Shown here in pieces: positions 27,634 to 40,765 of a DNA stretch of 64,000 nt. The stretch covers positions 1 to 64,000 of the forward strand of contig JAAILG010001096.1 in assembly GCA_012026655.1 (NCBI GenBank), read 5' to 3'. Source of the DNA: Hydrolagus affinis. Taxonomy: Eukaryota. The notes under the pieces were generated by a model. That model made no database searches. It was not told where the DNA came from and saw only the letters and a list, made by a program, of their open reading frames with translations. Position 1 is the stretch's first letter. Each line of letters opens with the position of its first letter. A program made the translations under genes and the position numbers.

Positions 27634-27772
27634 CCAGTGTGTATTTGGGGTTGCTTATGTCACAACTGGTCTTGAAATTCACCAGAACACTCTCAGGGTA
27701 CAAGCTGGGAGCACATCTGGAAAACCATGAACCATTGAAACAGATTATTTTAAGACGATGATCCTTATAGAT
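27634..27772 (-). pseudogene. Putative pseudo-exon (IYKDHRLKIICFNG...LVNFKTSCDISNPKYT)
   Basis: Strong acceptor cttgtttttccttcttcag and an open frame. Only weak similarity to LVDRLLNCREVKEAPN, but position is collinear. Confidence 0.4.
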
Positions 27773-27999
27773 CTGAAGAAGGAAAAACAAGTTTGCTTTA
27801 AACAAATTTCAATTACTTGGTCACTGAATTCACTGTTATTATATCAGGAAGATTAGTAATTATAGATAGCTCGCATTTTAAGCACCGTTGAATCTAATCC
27901 AAGTCTTTATTCTGTTAGTAGTTTAGCCATAAAAAGAAGGAAGGTCTCTGGCCTGATTTCCTGAGTAAACTAATCTCAACCAAATGAGTACAATGACAG

Positions 28000-28445
28000 T
28001 AAATCCTGTGAAGCCCTTTGAGATGTTATCCTGACATGAAAGGCACTATATTAAGTGCAAGGATTAGTATTGTTATTAATAATGAATATGTATTTGAAGA
28101 ATATTAAAGATGTATTCCAAATCCCAAATGTGATTATTCTAAAACATTCTTAAGGAAATTCCAAGAGATACAATAACGACAAAAATAATAATCCTTGCAT
28201 TTGATATACCACCTTCACGTTGGGAGAACATCTCAAAGCACATCACAGAATTCACTGTGTATATTTATAGTGACCATTGTAGGGATCATATCAATCTTAT
28301 ACAATTCAACCAGGTTTTCATTTTGCAAATTTGCCAAGCTCAAAATAATAATAATAATCCTTGCATTTAATATAGCACCTTAATTACATCTTCTAGACAT
28401 CTCAAAGCGCATCACAAAATATATTACAAAGTAAATTGACTGTGT
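28000..28445. mobile_element. Cluster of three SINE/L2 tail fragments (+ 28000-28076; - 28184-28260; - 28345-28445)
   Basis: Repeated aataatccttgcattt..catctcaaagc tail motif. Confidence 0.8.
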
Positions 28446-30043
28446 GTTAAGATGACACGGTAAATACTTTATGCATTAAAAACTTAATCTGGTGGCTTTC
28501 CTGGATTCGATAAATTCAGTAAATATCAGTATTCATTGTTTTTTGTTGCCATTCCCCAACTAACACAAATGGAATTTTCATGTTTGATTCCTAGTACAAT
28601 AATGGTCAACTTCTGGGTCATCAGATCATTACTACGTCACTTCGTGTACACGATACACGCACATAGGCAGCAATGCTAGCATCATTTCCTATGCACTGCC
28701 AATGTATGCGCACAAGAAATTATGTTTGCTCCACTTTCTGAAAAAAGTGCGCATGTATAGCATGTGGGAAATAAGATCAGTTGTTACCTGATGACCCGGA
28801 ACTCAAACATTTTTATCATTAACATTTTTTATTAAATAATTAAAACTGTTTGATTTTTACCAACCCTATTTATCTGATGTGACTGTCTCGTATAAAGTGA
28901 ATGCAACATGCCTTTATTTATATCACATTTGCAACAAGAGGAATATTCTTTCTTTTCTAATGATTGTACATGCATTGCAAAATAAATTACACGCACAATT
29001 AAATAAGATTGATTGGAGTTTTAAATGGAAAACGGTCCTAAGATAATATTCTCTTCTTATTCATTACTATTGCCTCTGTCAGAAATATGATGCTGACTTT
29101 ACAGCTATTAAAGAATTGGGTTTAGCTCATTCTAACATAGTGTAGCTTTCCACTGAAAGTAATAATTCATATTTTATTGTTCTCGTCACTGTCTGTCTTT
29201 ATCCATCTGAGTTACTACTTGCAAGCACGTAGCATTTTGTGGCAACAAAGGAACTGGCACAAGTTTAGAATCCCAATGTCCTAGATGGATCTTTCATTTC
29301 CTTCAATTGCTGTTGGCTGGCCTATTCAGTGCACTGATTTGAATTTAATTTGCTCAGCCTACTTGCTGCTTATATCCATCATAATTCATACAGCTGTTTG
29401 TTGTTAGTAGGAAATCCATTGGGAGAAAACAAAAAACCGCCTAGTTGGTCTACTTAGTTAGTAGTGGCTACTTGAGATAAACAAGGAGCTCTTGAGTAGA
29501 TTTCTTGAGTGGAATTCATTTTGTGCAACAATTAGTCTTAAAATTGTTCAATTGCTCCTTAATTTGCCCAACTTTGACAAGTTTACCACTTCTGCTAAAC
29601 TACAATAACGTCAACTAACATCAAGATGGGAAACAGATTGACATTTGACATTGCTGTTATAAAAAGTAGATTCCAGATAGAATCATGCAAACATGTGCTC
29701 ACAACGATGGTGTTGTCCATTGCATGATCTACATATGGCACTAATTATTGAATTACTTTTAACAATCATTAAAATCAAACTGTAAAATACTTTAAGAGGG
29801 ATGTTACCAGAAAGTAAATGTAATTGGCCTCCCATATTACCAGTTACTTAACTGCATTCTGCAGGACGTTTTTCTAAACAGTAACATAGAAACATGTAAA
29901 TTCTGAAATAACCTGATGCTACATTATTGGGGAGAATACCAAGGCTTTGTGCATTTGGGAAATTAATTCTTTAAATATTTGGCTTGTTTATCATTTACTT
30001 AAATATTTGCAGCCATTCATGGAAATTGCATGAAATTATAGTT

Positions 30044-30215
30044 CATAAGAAAATAAGAACAAAAGAAATAGGAGCAGGAGTCGCCATTTGGCCCCTCGAG
30101 TCTGCCCTGCCATTTAATAAGGTCATGGCTGATCTTCTAACCTAATTCCTTTTACCCATCCCATACCCAATATCCCTTAATCCCTCTATCCTTTAGAAAT
30201 CCATCAATCTCTTGA
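30044..30215 (-). mobile_element. CR1 3' end fragment
   Basis: cataagaa..ataggagcaggagt..ccatttggcccctcgagtctgc..atggctgatc. Confidence 0.85.
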
Positions 30216-33200
30216 ATATGTTCATGTTCAATATTATACTACTGGTAAAACATAATTTTTTACTAATAATTTCTACTTTTTCTAACCATTTTAGATTCAT
30301 AATTCACAATTTTAGGTTAAATTAATGGTAGTCACAAATCAGTATTTGGTACCATATTTACAGAACAAACATTCACTTACAAATACACAGTCACTAGACT
30401 TCAGAGAAAACTCCTGAGGTGGTTCAGTGACATCATAAGGTCCTGTTTAATATGCAAGGATTATCATAAAATTGTCAAGTTAATTTTTGCAAATTGAAGA
30501 TAAGGTTATCAAATGTAAGGATCATGATTCTTTTTATAAATTAGATATTGTATTAATTTTCAGATTGGCTCTCAAAGAATTCTTGTTATTTCCTAAAATA
30601 GAATTTTATAATTAACATTTTTTTTTTAAAAACTCTTAAGAATCAATGATAGGTAGAGATTTTCATGGCAAAGGATTTATTTACCTGGAAGAAAATGATT
30701 CTTTGCAGTGTTGTCATAGCTACAAATTTTCAAACAATAATCCTGATTGGACTTGTTTATGAAATTACTGCTTCTGTTTCGTATTTGCCTTCAGGCAAAA
30801 GGAGATTGAATGATGAATGTTTCTATCACATTTTTAAATACACTGTAAATCATTGGATTGTGCTGTATAATTATTCCAGTAACTGCAGCTTAATGGCAAC
30901 ATTAGGCATATGCTTTTATCAGTGACAGAACAGTTGCAATTAAGAAGCAAATATAAAATTAAGATAATTTGTTTTCAGAATACAATATTCAATGGTACTT
31001 TGTAGACTATCATAAATATGTATATGTAAAAGATTATTGGCTCATATATTCCACCATCCAATCCCAAGCATCTAAAATATTTCTATCCAAATCATCTTAT
31101 AAGATCCTCTGGCAATTTTTGTTTAATATCCTATACAAATATAAAATGCTGGATTAATATCCCAAAGCATCTAATGCTTGGATTACTCAATAGTTCAGCA
31201 AGAGGGGAAATTAGTGAGGCGAAAAGATCAAAGTAGTCCATTATGGCAAGGGATAAGATCTGAAGGTAAATTGACATGTTGTATATTGACGCGCAGTTTT
31301 TATCCTGAATTTGTCAAAATGTATGGCTGAACACGATTACTCCCATCATTTTTTTTACTGTGACTAAAAAATGATTGTGGTAAAAACCAAAAACATCAAT
31401 CAATTGATTTTTCTTAAATACAACTGATGATGTTTTCAACTATGTTTTAAGTACAGAAGATTTAAGATTCTTAATCTTCTATACTTAAAACTAAGTTTTA
31501 ATTACAGAGATTAAGAATAATTTTATTTCAGTTTTCATACTGAAATGTTGCTGCCTGTTGCAGAAAGGTAGATGTGGCTCGTGATGACTTGAAAAAAATT
31601 GCCCCTTTTTAACTCTGTGTTGCGGGCAAATCTCTTGTGTTTAAGTGACATGGAAGGTTGCATTTTATCTGCTTTATTTTTCCTTCAGGGTGATTTAGCG
31701 GTAGGTCAAGTATGCTGTACATTCCTTTAATTTTATGCAAGTTTGACCCAGATCCAATTACCTTCTGATTCATTTTGTATGAGGCTCCTTGAAATGTTAA
31801 TATAGGAATTCAATGAAATAGTAAGAAACTGAAATGAGGACAATTCCCACAGTCCAAATTGATCATCAATTCCTTTTTTTAAAAAAAAAGGTTGGTTGAA
31901 GATGACTGAAAAATCTAATGTTTTTAATCTGTGTGAATCTCCTTGAAGTCTCAGACCAGTACTATTCTCTCTCTGTTAGAAGCTGATCAGAATACAAATT
32001 TTTTAAATAATATTATTAAAATACTGTTCCCCATATTGTATAACTTGAATATGTTCTTCCGTGAGAGGATTGGCCTATCCCCTAGAATAAGTAAGGTGCA
32101 TCTGAAATGGAGTTTGATATTTGGAATAATTCTAAACTGCACAAAACAAATCTGTATTAACTAAGATTTGTGATCATCCCTTGAAACTCTAGTCTGTAAG
32201 ATTTATATATTCTTCATATATCCTCTCCTGTAATTTTAGTGAGAATAATATAGCTGTCCTTTGGGGCTCACAGGCTCTCTGTTCAGAGAATGGTTTGGAC
32301 AGCCTAAACTTTATTACAAAAAGCGTTGTGTTATAATGAACAAAAATGTACCAATATGGTAGAGTATTTCATTACAATATTTTCTGTATCTTATATCCCT
32401 CCAGTCTTACTTCATAAAATAACTAACTGGTAATGTGTCAAGTCTTTTCATAGATTTCTCATGTTGCATGCACGTCATCCCTTATTTTTTGTCCAAAATC
32501 ACAGATTTGCTCACAAGAGCACAATCTTCATTGTGACTTCATTCATTTTTTGATGGTTTAAGATTTAGCTGAAAAGTAGTGAAGCTGAGTGACAGATCAG
32601 TGGAAATGACAACCGAAGGTCTTTTTAATGAGCAAAATGGTGAGCTAGCTGTCTTACTACTTCCACCAATTAACCCTCACCGTGCTTGATTTAGCTTGCG
32701 AACTGTGCATAGACTTCTATGTCACAGACACGATGGGTACCAGCAGGGTGTGAAATTATGTTTTTTTTCTGTTGATTTAGAGGGGGTTGCCTGCTGATGT
32801 TGGTGATGAATAATGTCTTTTAGTAAGTAAGTCTTTTTAGTAAGACTTTGCATAAAATGTACATGCTGACTTTATATGAATACCACCGGAGCAACAATAT
32901 ATTGTTGGACACCAGGTCTGTCTAGTATTAAAAACTAAATCAAAATTCTAACAAGCAGATGGAACCATTTGGCTCCTTTATACTTTTGCAATGCAATTTT
33001 ACCAGCTGGTCTTGCTTGTTCATATTTAATTGTGAATCGAATATATAGTGGGGGAGACTAATAAAATTAATCTACAGGGGTTTAGATTTAAACCACACCT
33101 ACGTTTTGTTAACTGAGTGTATTCCTTACAGGTTTTACATGGTGAAGGTTTTTAGACAGATTCACAAAGAGCCGCATTATGTATCTGCAGAACCTATGAA

Positions 33201-34244
33201 CTCAGCATATTGTCCAGTTTTAGGTGGTTAATCAGGGCATATTTGCCCCATTGTGTATTGGGATGATTGTGTATTTGCCCCATTGTGTTGTTTGTGATGA
33301 TTTCTAATGGGATTCCTGAATAAAGAATTTGAACAGAGACTCTGGAAGTACACTGTTAAGTCCACTCTGAGACACTATCCCACATGAAACCATCTATAGA
33401 AATGTAAACTGTTGTTACACTGATGCACAGGAACACCATTATTTTTGGTAAATTGTATTGGATAGAGTTCCCATACTTCAGCATCATACACTTTTTTGTA
33501 TCATGGAATCCAATTAGAAATTGTCACATATTAGACTGCAGTGTCAGTAATCTGTTCTACCTTTTTAATAGGGACTTTGAGGATGTAGAACTCTTTTTCT
33601 AACACCAATATATTGTCGGTGCACTTTTGAACCAAGTTAAATCACCCTTTACTGATTTTTGTATTTGCATGTGTGTTCATGATGTAGGGGAGAGTCAAAT
33701 TCATTTTTTAAAAATTAGCCGCTGTTTTACACAACTGAAGCTTGAAAAATAATCACTCACACATGAAAGCATAATTTTTTTTTCATCCCACATGAGCCAA
33801 CCACCCCCACTTAGATGAATACAGCCACCCTACTCAAAAGAACAGAGTGATTAGATCAAAGTGTTCATTCTAGGATGTCTGAATGTGGTATTATTTCACT
33901 CAGGCAATACCTGGGTAAATTAACAAGTGCTTAACCGAGTAATGGAACTTCCACTTCTAAATGATCCACCATTTGAAGTAATCTTGGATGACTTATTGTT
34001 CCTTTATGTATTTTGGTACTTCAAAATAAAGGTGTACTCAAGCTGCATAACTTTACCAGAGGAGTGTGAACTCTAGTTAGGCCGAATGGCCTGTTTTCCT
34101 GCCATATCACTATCTGTAACTCTATATAAGCTTGGAACATAAAAATGTTTCATGGAAATTGATGTTGTGAAAAATGTGTAAACCACAGAGAATAGTAGCA
34201 GTTGTGTCTTGGCAAGAACCTATCTGTTCTCAAATGGGATTTAC

Positions 34245-34455
34245 TGAGTGAATTCTTTTTTATGTGGAACTCCTTCAGTGCAGCAATTGATTGTGCCCCG
34301 AATCCTTGGAAGAACAAAGAGATCAGTCTGCCTAAGAAATATTGTGAATGTATTTTTCACTAAAATACCACCCAGATCCTTTGCTGACACGAGTGAGCAG
34401 CTCAGTGACAGCAGCGATCTTTGGCTGTAATCAGGCTGCTCTTTGCAGGAATCAC
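34245..34455 (-). pseudogene. GREB1-like pseudo-exon (G...LRQTDLFVL-KDSGH)
   Basis: Acceptor gtgtttgttgcttctgcag. Phase 1 completes the Gly of WHSG. LFVL followed by frameshifted KDSGH resembles HTLFVLIHDHAH. Confidence 0.65.
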
Positions 34456-34854
34456 CTGCAGAAGCAACAAACACAAAAGTGGTAATTGATTTTTCCCTTT
34501 GATTTTCTGATATGGTTTGTATCAGAGAAAACTCAACAAGTGCTTTCTAAAAGTCAAATAGAATTTCATTACGAACAAAAGTGGGCAAAGAGATTGGAAT
34601 TTTTTTTTCATCCTCTGTTAAGACACAACTGTTACATGTTTTTCACAACATTCATTTCTGTAAAATTGAGCAAAATGAACAACAATCAACAACAAAATTG
34701 CCTGTTCATAACTCTACTTCTACCGGAATATATAACAGATCAGATCTTAATATTCTTGACAAATGACAACAAATTACATATGTATAGCGCCCTTCACATT
34801 GGAAAGACAAAGATGTATAGTCTGTTGTAGACTTACACAATACATACTTAATAT

Positions 34855-35045
34855 GTATAGAAACAGGAGTAGCCCAATCAGCCCCTCGAGCCTGTTCCGC
34901 CATTCTATAAGACTGATCTGCATCTCATCTCCAATTACCTGCCCTTGTCCAGTATCCTTTGATAACCTAACCTAACAATATCTATCAACCTATCCAGTCT
35001 TCAAAATGTGAATTTTCCCCAAAAGGTTGTGGATCCAGCATCCAC
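34855..35045 (-). mobile_element. CR1 3' end fragment
   Basis: aacaggagtagcccaatcagcccctcgagcctgttccgccattc. Confidence 0.8.
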
Positions 35046-35314
35046 GGGTAGAAAAAGATAACTTTTTGTACCTATGAACAATTAATAATTCAAACAAACT
35101 ATGACTAATGTAATCTGTACATATTTATTCATTCAACTTGTTGCTGACTCAACTATCTAGATTTTATTTGTAAAAAGATGAACATAATTTTAAACTACTG
35201 ATTTCAGTATACAGTGGTTCCTTTTTTGTTTACAGCTTTTCTAATGCAACCAAAAGATAATGCAGATTATTAAATGTTGTACATGTGAAGTAATCTGTGA
35301 TGAAAATCTGTCTT

Positions 35315-35362
35315 GCTCAGACATGCTCTGAGCTCAGACATGCTCTGAGATCAGACATGCTC
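35315..35362. repeat. 17-bp tandem repeat, ~2.8 copies (ctcagacatgctctgag)
   Basis: Directly visible. Confidence 0.9.
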
Positions 35363-36376
35363 ACTTTTCCTAGCAGAAAATGCAGTCTGATCTTTCACCT
35401 CAAGATATGGATTTTGAGTATCCTCTAAAGTTTAACTGGTGAAGAGGTCAACTTGCAAGAGGTATAAACAAGATACAATGGCATTTCTCCTTGCAGCCTT
35501 TAAAATTCAAACCTGTCCTAGTGGCGTTGGCCCCAAATAATAAAGATTGCAAAGAAATGTTGTGCTGTTTTAGGGGAAGTTTTTAATTGCTCATTATGAA
35601 TGTGGTCAATATGCCTATTTAGTTATCCAGTAGTTTGTGCCAGCCTCTGTGGATTTACCACAGGAGCTTTTATTGATTTGTAAGGCTACATGTCTGTGTT
35701 TTTTATTTTATTTTGTGGTGGGGGGAAATCATTTGTTTTTATATTTTAGTGAATCATACTGAAAAAGGTTGAGATTCAATATATTCCTCTCAGGCCTCAG
35801 TAAAACAGAAGTCTGATTTGCTTCACCTATTCAGGTGTGTCTTCTACCTCTTCCCATCAGAGTGCAAGTTTTTCCAGAGTTCTTTTATGCTGCCTTTGAT
35901 CTCTTACTATCTTTTTTCTTAAGGTCAATATTTGAAAAGCATAACCTTAATACGTAATATATAACAAGCTGTCATTTGCTTCAGAAGGGTTTTATTATAC
36001 AGCACTAAGGTGACTAACACCTACTTTGGAATGCCAAATATTCTCCAGGCCATTGATCAAGCAGAACAGTGTGGTTAAACACTTCACCTCTACAAACAGT
36101 TGGGTTGTCACTTGTGCTTGTCTTCCAAAATTATTAAACAGCCTGTCAACAATACCAACCCATTATCTAAATCTACATAGAATTTAATGAGCTTTGTGAA
36201 TTCTTATGCACCAAAAGGCTGTGCAAAAGTTCTGAATTGTCACTTATTATGTTGATTTCGAAGTTCTAAAGCATGTTTGTGATTTTATTCTTGTTGTCTC
36301 TTAATTATTTGCATATTTACTGAATTGAAATGCTGGTGATTACAAAATATGTGTGTAGCTAGGCCATCACAACTTC

Positions 36377-36803
36377 CAGAGTGCCATAAATCACAAGTCC
36401 TCTGTGTTACTGTTGTTTACTACTATACTATTGCTTTACATGTAAAAACAAGCAGTTCAAAGTTTACAAGAGACCTGCACAGGTGTGAATATTCTTTCAT
36501 TCTCTTTGCAGTTATACATGAAACTGAAACACATGGTGCAATGATATAAGATGGACAGCCACTATCCCCATACGTATTTTGCTCACAAACAGGAGGGTTA
36601 CATATTAGGCAAAGTGATCTCCCATCCAGCAATAATGAAACAAGTGTATGGCTCATTACATTCATAGCACATACCACAAGGGTTGTAGAAGTTCAAAGAA
36701 TAACTATAAATGCATTTTCCCAAATGTTAGAGGGAAAATGCAGGCTCTTCTTCCGTACATAGAGAATTGCTAAGAAGCACAGCTGTGGCCTGCTGTGCAA
36801 TGG
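36377..36803 (-). pseudogene. Best-conserved GREB1-like pseudo-exon
   Basis: One frame reads GCPSYIIAPCVSVSCITAKRMKEYSHLCRSLVNFELLVFTCKAIV***TTVTQRTCDLWHSG, versus GREB1 PVCTSYNLEP...AQKLLSHVC...GSFEKVDFLICIPPSEVTYQQTLLHVWHSG. Donor decayed (G|gaagtt). 5' boundary approximate. Confidence 0.8.
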
Positions 36804-39029
36804 CTGAGCAAAGTGATATCACAGGGTTCACATTATTTATTAATTTTCCTCTCTTCCAAAACAACATTGGCTGGCCTCTGCAGCAGTGAGGGTTCCTTTG
36901 ACAGCCTGTAAAGCTTTTTTCTTCGTGAGGTGTGATACTGTTCTGTCATTTTGATGTTTCTTACAGACAGCACCATCATGGTTCAGTAATCATAGTCCCT
37001 CCCTCCCCACCCCAACTTTCTTTAGTCTACCCATTGCTTCCATTCTTGCTTTATGTCTCTATCTTCCCTTTTCTCCACATATAATAATAATCTTTGATAT
37101 TGTGCCTCATTACATCAAGTATCTCAAAATGCATTGTTTCGAGAAATAATCATGAACCGGGAGAAAAGCAGAATGTAAAACAGAGAGAAAATTAGAATTT
37201 AAATAGCCTGACATTATTTCTAAAGATAAAACATGCAAGTCTGGATGGGTAATCATGCAATGCAAAATTGCAATGGATCATATTCACACTTGTTTTTATC
37301 ATGATCATTTCAAGACAATCTGTATCTTTGTTAACACATTGTTTTCAGATTCTTTAAAGTAACTTCCTAGTCACTTTAAACACTTGGTTAAACAGACTAC
37401 TATATATAACAGGTCTCTTTGTCCAAGCACAATTTTTGTGATTTATCTTGATGGAAATTTGTAGATTTGCTATTATTTTGGGGGATTTTAAATGCACAGG
37501 GAAAAATTCCACCTGAGTTCAGATTCACTCTTTTTAATGTAGCGTTTCAGTGTGTGCGGAATTTGACAAGTTGTTGAATTCAATCTTAATGTTGAAAACA
37601 GTTCTCTATAATTCTTAAAATTGCAAATACCCAGTCACCACATTTTACAGTAAAATTCCATGAAGCTCTTTGAAATGCGATAGGACATGATATCAAATGC
37701 AAAGATTATTAGCATTATATTGTAAGTTATAGAAAACCAGCAGCAAAATTAAGGCTTTATTTGGCACAGTCTGTGAATTTTGCAATGCTACAAAAATAGA
37801 GTACTGTATATCTAATCCAATGGAAATTTCTATCCAATGGCCTGTGAAGAATACCTGTACTAAAATTGATCATAATTACGAGAGGTTTTGACATAATTAA
37901 CTTGTAAGGAATGACTTTCTCATGTTTAATTCTTAGATGCTCCTGTATGTATGACATTGTGACAGACTTGCTTTAAGCCAAATGAATTCCAGTGTACTTG
38001 ATCATTTATCAAATTAGGTTGTGTTTGCCAGCCTTACTCGGCAATGAGACCACTTTCCACGTGAGACCTTTAGCACTTTAAGCACTTAAGCATGACGGCA
38101 ACACCTGCTTTTGTCTTTCTTTTTGAATGTCCTAAATGACATTGAAGTGGGGGAGGGGGAATCAATGAAACTTGTCGAAAAAACAGAAATTGGCTAAATA
38201 CTGCAAATTTGTGCTGCATTGTCAATTTGGTGTAAGATTACATTTTGCTTTTGAATAATTGTTTTCAATATTTTCTGATAATACTGCTCTGATTACATGA
38301 TATTAACACTGTGGGAACCTGATTATTGTTCATGGTATGAACATATTTTTAATAGCATTGACAGATTTCTGTTTTATTTCCCCTCTTTATGGTAAAATAT
38401 CCAAGCAGATGACCACAGCCTAGAATCGTGGCCTTTAAGTACAATTCTCAATGGTATAAAAAGTAACAATAATAATCATTCTTGCATTTGAAATAGAGCC
38501 GTATCACGTCATCGAGGTGCCTCAAAGTGCTTGACAGGATGTACTGTAAAGTGGATTTTCACTTAGGACCCTCAGAACCGGTAATCTTATAAATCTAAGT
38601 CATTAATTAGATACATTTAAAACCAACCTTTTTGCAGCCTTTGCACTACCTACTACTTTTTTTTAAAAAACTAAACATGTTCAGTGTAACACAAATATGA
38701 TAGGGCATGCTATTCAAATACAGTCCTTGTGTTTCTCTGCTGGTTGTGCATTGAATGATATGTACAGGTATGTGATACCAGCATGTCAAATATCAGACAG
38801 CTTCAAATGATGGTAACCCCATCTTATTTAAAATGAGATCTGCTAATTCAGCTCACCACAAACTAAAGCGATTTAGGACACCGTTCTTTCTTCAAGATTA
38901 ATTCATTTAAAAGATTTACTTGAAGAATTTAACTATTTACCAAAGTACAGTACATTAGTACAATGGTATTGCATTTTAACGTGCCATAACCTGCTATAGA
39001 GAGCTAGATGTGGAATACTGTACTTATTA

Positions 39030-39267
39030 TAATAATAATTCATGAATTGACTATATATTTGTGGGCAAAACACAGCAGCCAATTGCGCACAGCAGTGTCC
39101 CACAAACAGTCATCGATAGATGTGACCAATTTATTGTTTTTTTCATGAAGGATTATTGTTAAGCATGTGGAGTAAGGAAACTTACCCAAGATTTTGCTCA
39201 GCCTGGAATTGAACCCAGGTCTCTCGCTTGCAAGGTGAGTGCTTTGACTACAGAACTACAGGAAGCC
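39030..39267 (-). mobile_element. tRNA SINE with internal deletion
   Basis: Core cagccaattgcgcacagcagtgtcccacaaacagtc, and head. Confidence 0.88.
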
Positions 39268-40523
39268 ACATATTGTAATAGAAATACCCCTTTAGGTGGC
39301 TTCATAAAATGTACTGTGTTAAAGCTGATATTAGGAATACCGATAAGACACACAGAGAAAAATCAAGTGTAAAAATGAACCATGAATTACATTGTGTCCT
39401 TGATTAAGATTTACACAGACTTATATCATAATGGATAATGGTTCCTTTAGAGATAACAATGGTTTTTTAATAGTCATTAATGACGGCTTAGGAAAAGTGA
39501 GAGCCACGGTTTGCCATTTTATGCATTAGAGATGATAGATCATATTAAACTACCTTTGATGTATTAAGCAATAGGAAGTGACTATAGATCAATACAGCAA
39601 ACCTTTCTTATAATGAATGTCGAAATGATTGTTGTAGAAAATATAATATTAAAGTACTACTGATAAAATGATCACATTGATGATGTATCTATTTTTTCTT
39701 CTACATTAGTGCGTTTCACATGGTGAAATGCAGTGTGACATAGAAATGTGGAATAGATGAATATATAATTCATGGAAAATTCTGAATAGCTCTAATAACC
39801 TTGAATTTTCATGACAGAAGAAAAGGAGAACTCACATAGTTAAGAAGACTGCTTGGTGCCAAAAGCTTGAATCAGCAACCCAAATTGAAACTTAAAAACT
39901 GGATTCGACAATACTCATGCTAGAAAAAATAAACTTACAGCAAGATCCCGACTAACATTGATATGAATGAAAGTGCTGAATCAAGCTTATTTTTACTGGG
40001 TTTGATTACGGTTCAGATATTATATGTGGGAGATGGGGACTTAATACTTTTTTCACTTGATCAGGGAATATCACAGCAATCCCAATTGTTAGATTGAAGA
40101 GACTGACAGGCATCCTGAATAAAAACTGAAAGTGCTGGAAATGCACCACAGGTCAATCAACACCTGAAAGAGAAAGATGGATTAATATTCTGTTTCGACC
40201 TTTTGTCACATGAAGCTGAGCAGTGCAATTCAACTACCTACAAATGTGCAACGCAAACGAGAATGATGAGAAGCCAGATATAGCCTTTGTTAACAGGATT
40301 ATTGGATCTTTGAAACCTTGTACCTTATTTCTGCAATTTTTCTCAGTTTTTTGTTAATTTCTTCATTTAAAAAAATGTGATTTTTAAAAAAAAAATCAGA
40401 ACGTAAAGAAACTCCGTACATGTGTAGCTGACTGACCAAACAAGAAACTGCAGTTTGTTGAACAGGATGTTACACTGAATATATTACACATGGGACGTTT
40501 CCATCAAACTTTAGACATTCAGC

Positions 40524-40765
40524 TTCCTGACGGCACAGTTGGTGAAGTCACTGCCTCAGTGTAAGTGAGGTATTCAGCCTTGAAATAACTATGCTCAGTC
40601 CCTTGACTGTGCTGAGATAGCTGATCTCAGGGCATCAGATGGAATGCTAAAATTAGTCTCAGAAATGCTAGTCTAGCAAGGGTTTCCTCTCCTGATCACC
40701 AGCTAGTGTCCCTCACTGGAAAGTCCACGTGACATACCAGATTCAGACTCTACCTTGATGCCCCT
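40524..40765 (+). mobile_element. LF-SINE-like element
   Basis: ctgtgctgagatagctgatctcag..aattagtctcag..agggtttcctctcctgatc..ctggaaagt..tgatgccc. Confidence 0.75.

Noticed and set aside
34248-34430. Plus ORF containing IPP, like GREB1 ICIPP
   Set aside because: No plus-strand acceptor; the minus reading has a strong acceptor and the correct phase.
36349-36810. Plus-strand reading YTIALH..SKF..LFAVIHE resembling GREB1 YVLKLD..TKF..LFVLIHD, suggesting an internal inversion
   Set aside because: The minus strand of the same DNA gives a stronger match (CxSYxxxP, SHLC, FE..F, WHSG), and LFVL is found collinearly in the next minus exon (34245-34455). Treated as coincidence.
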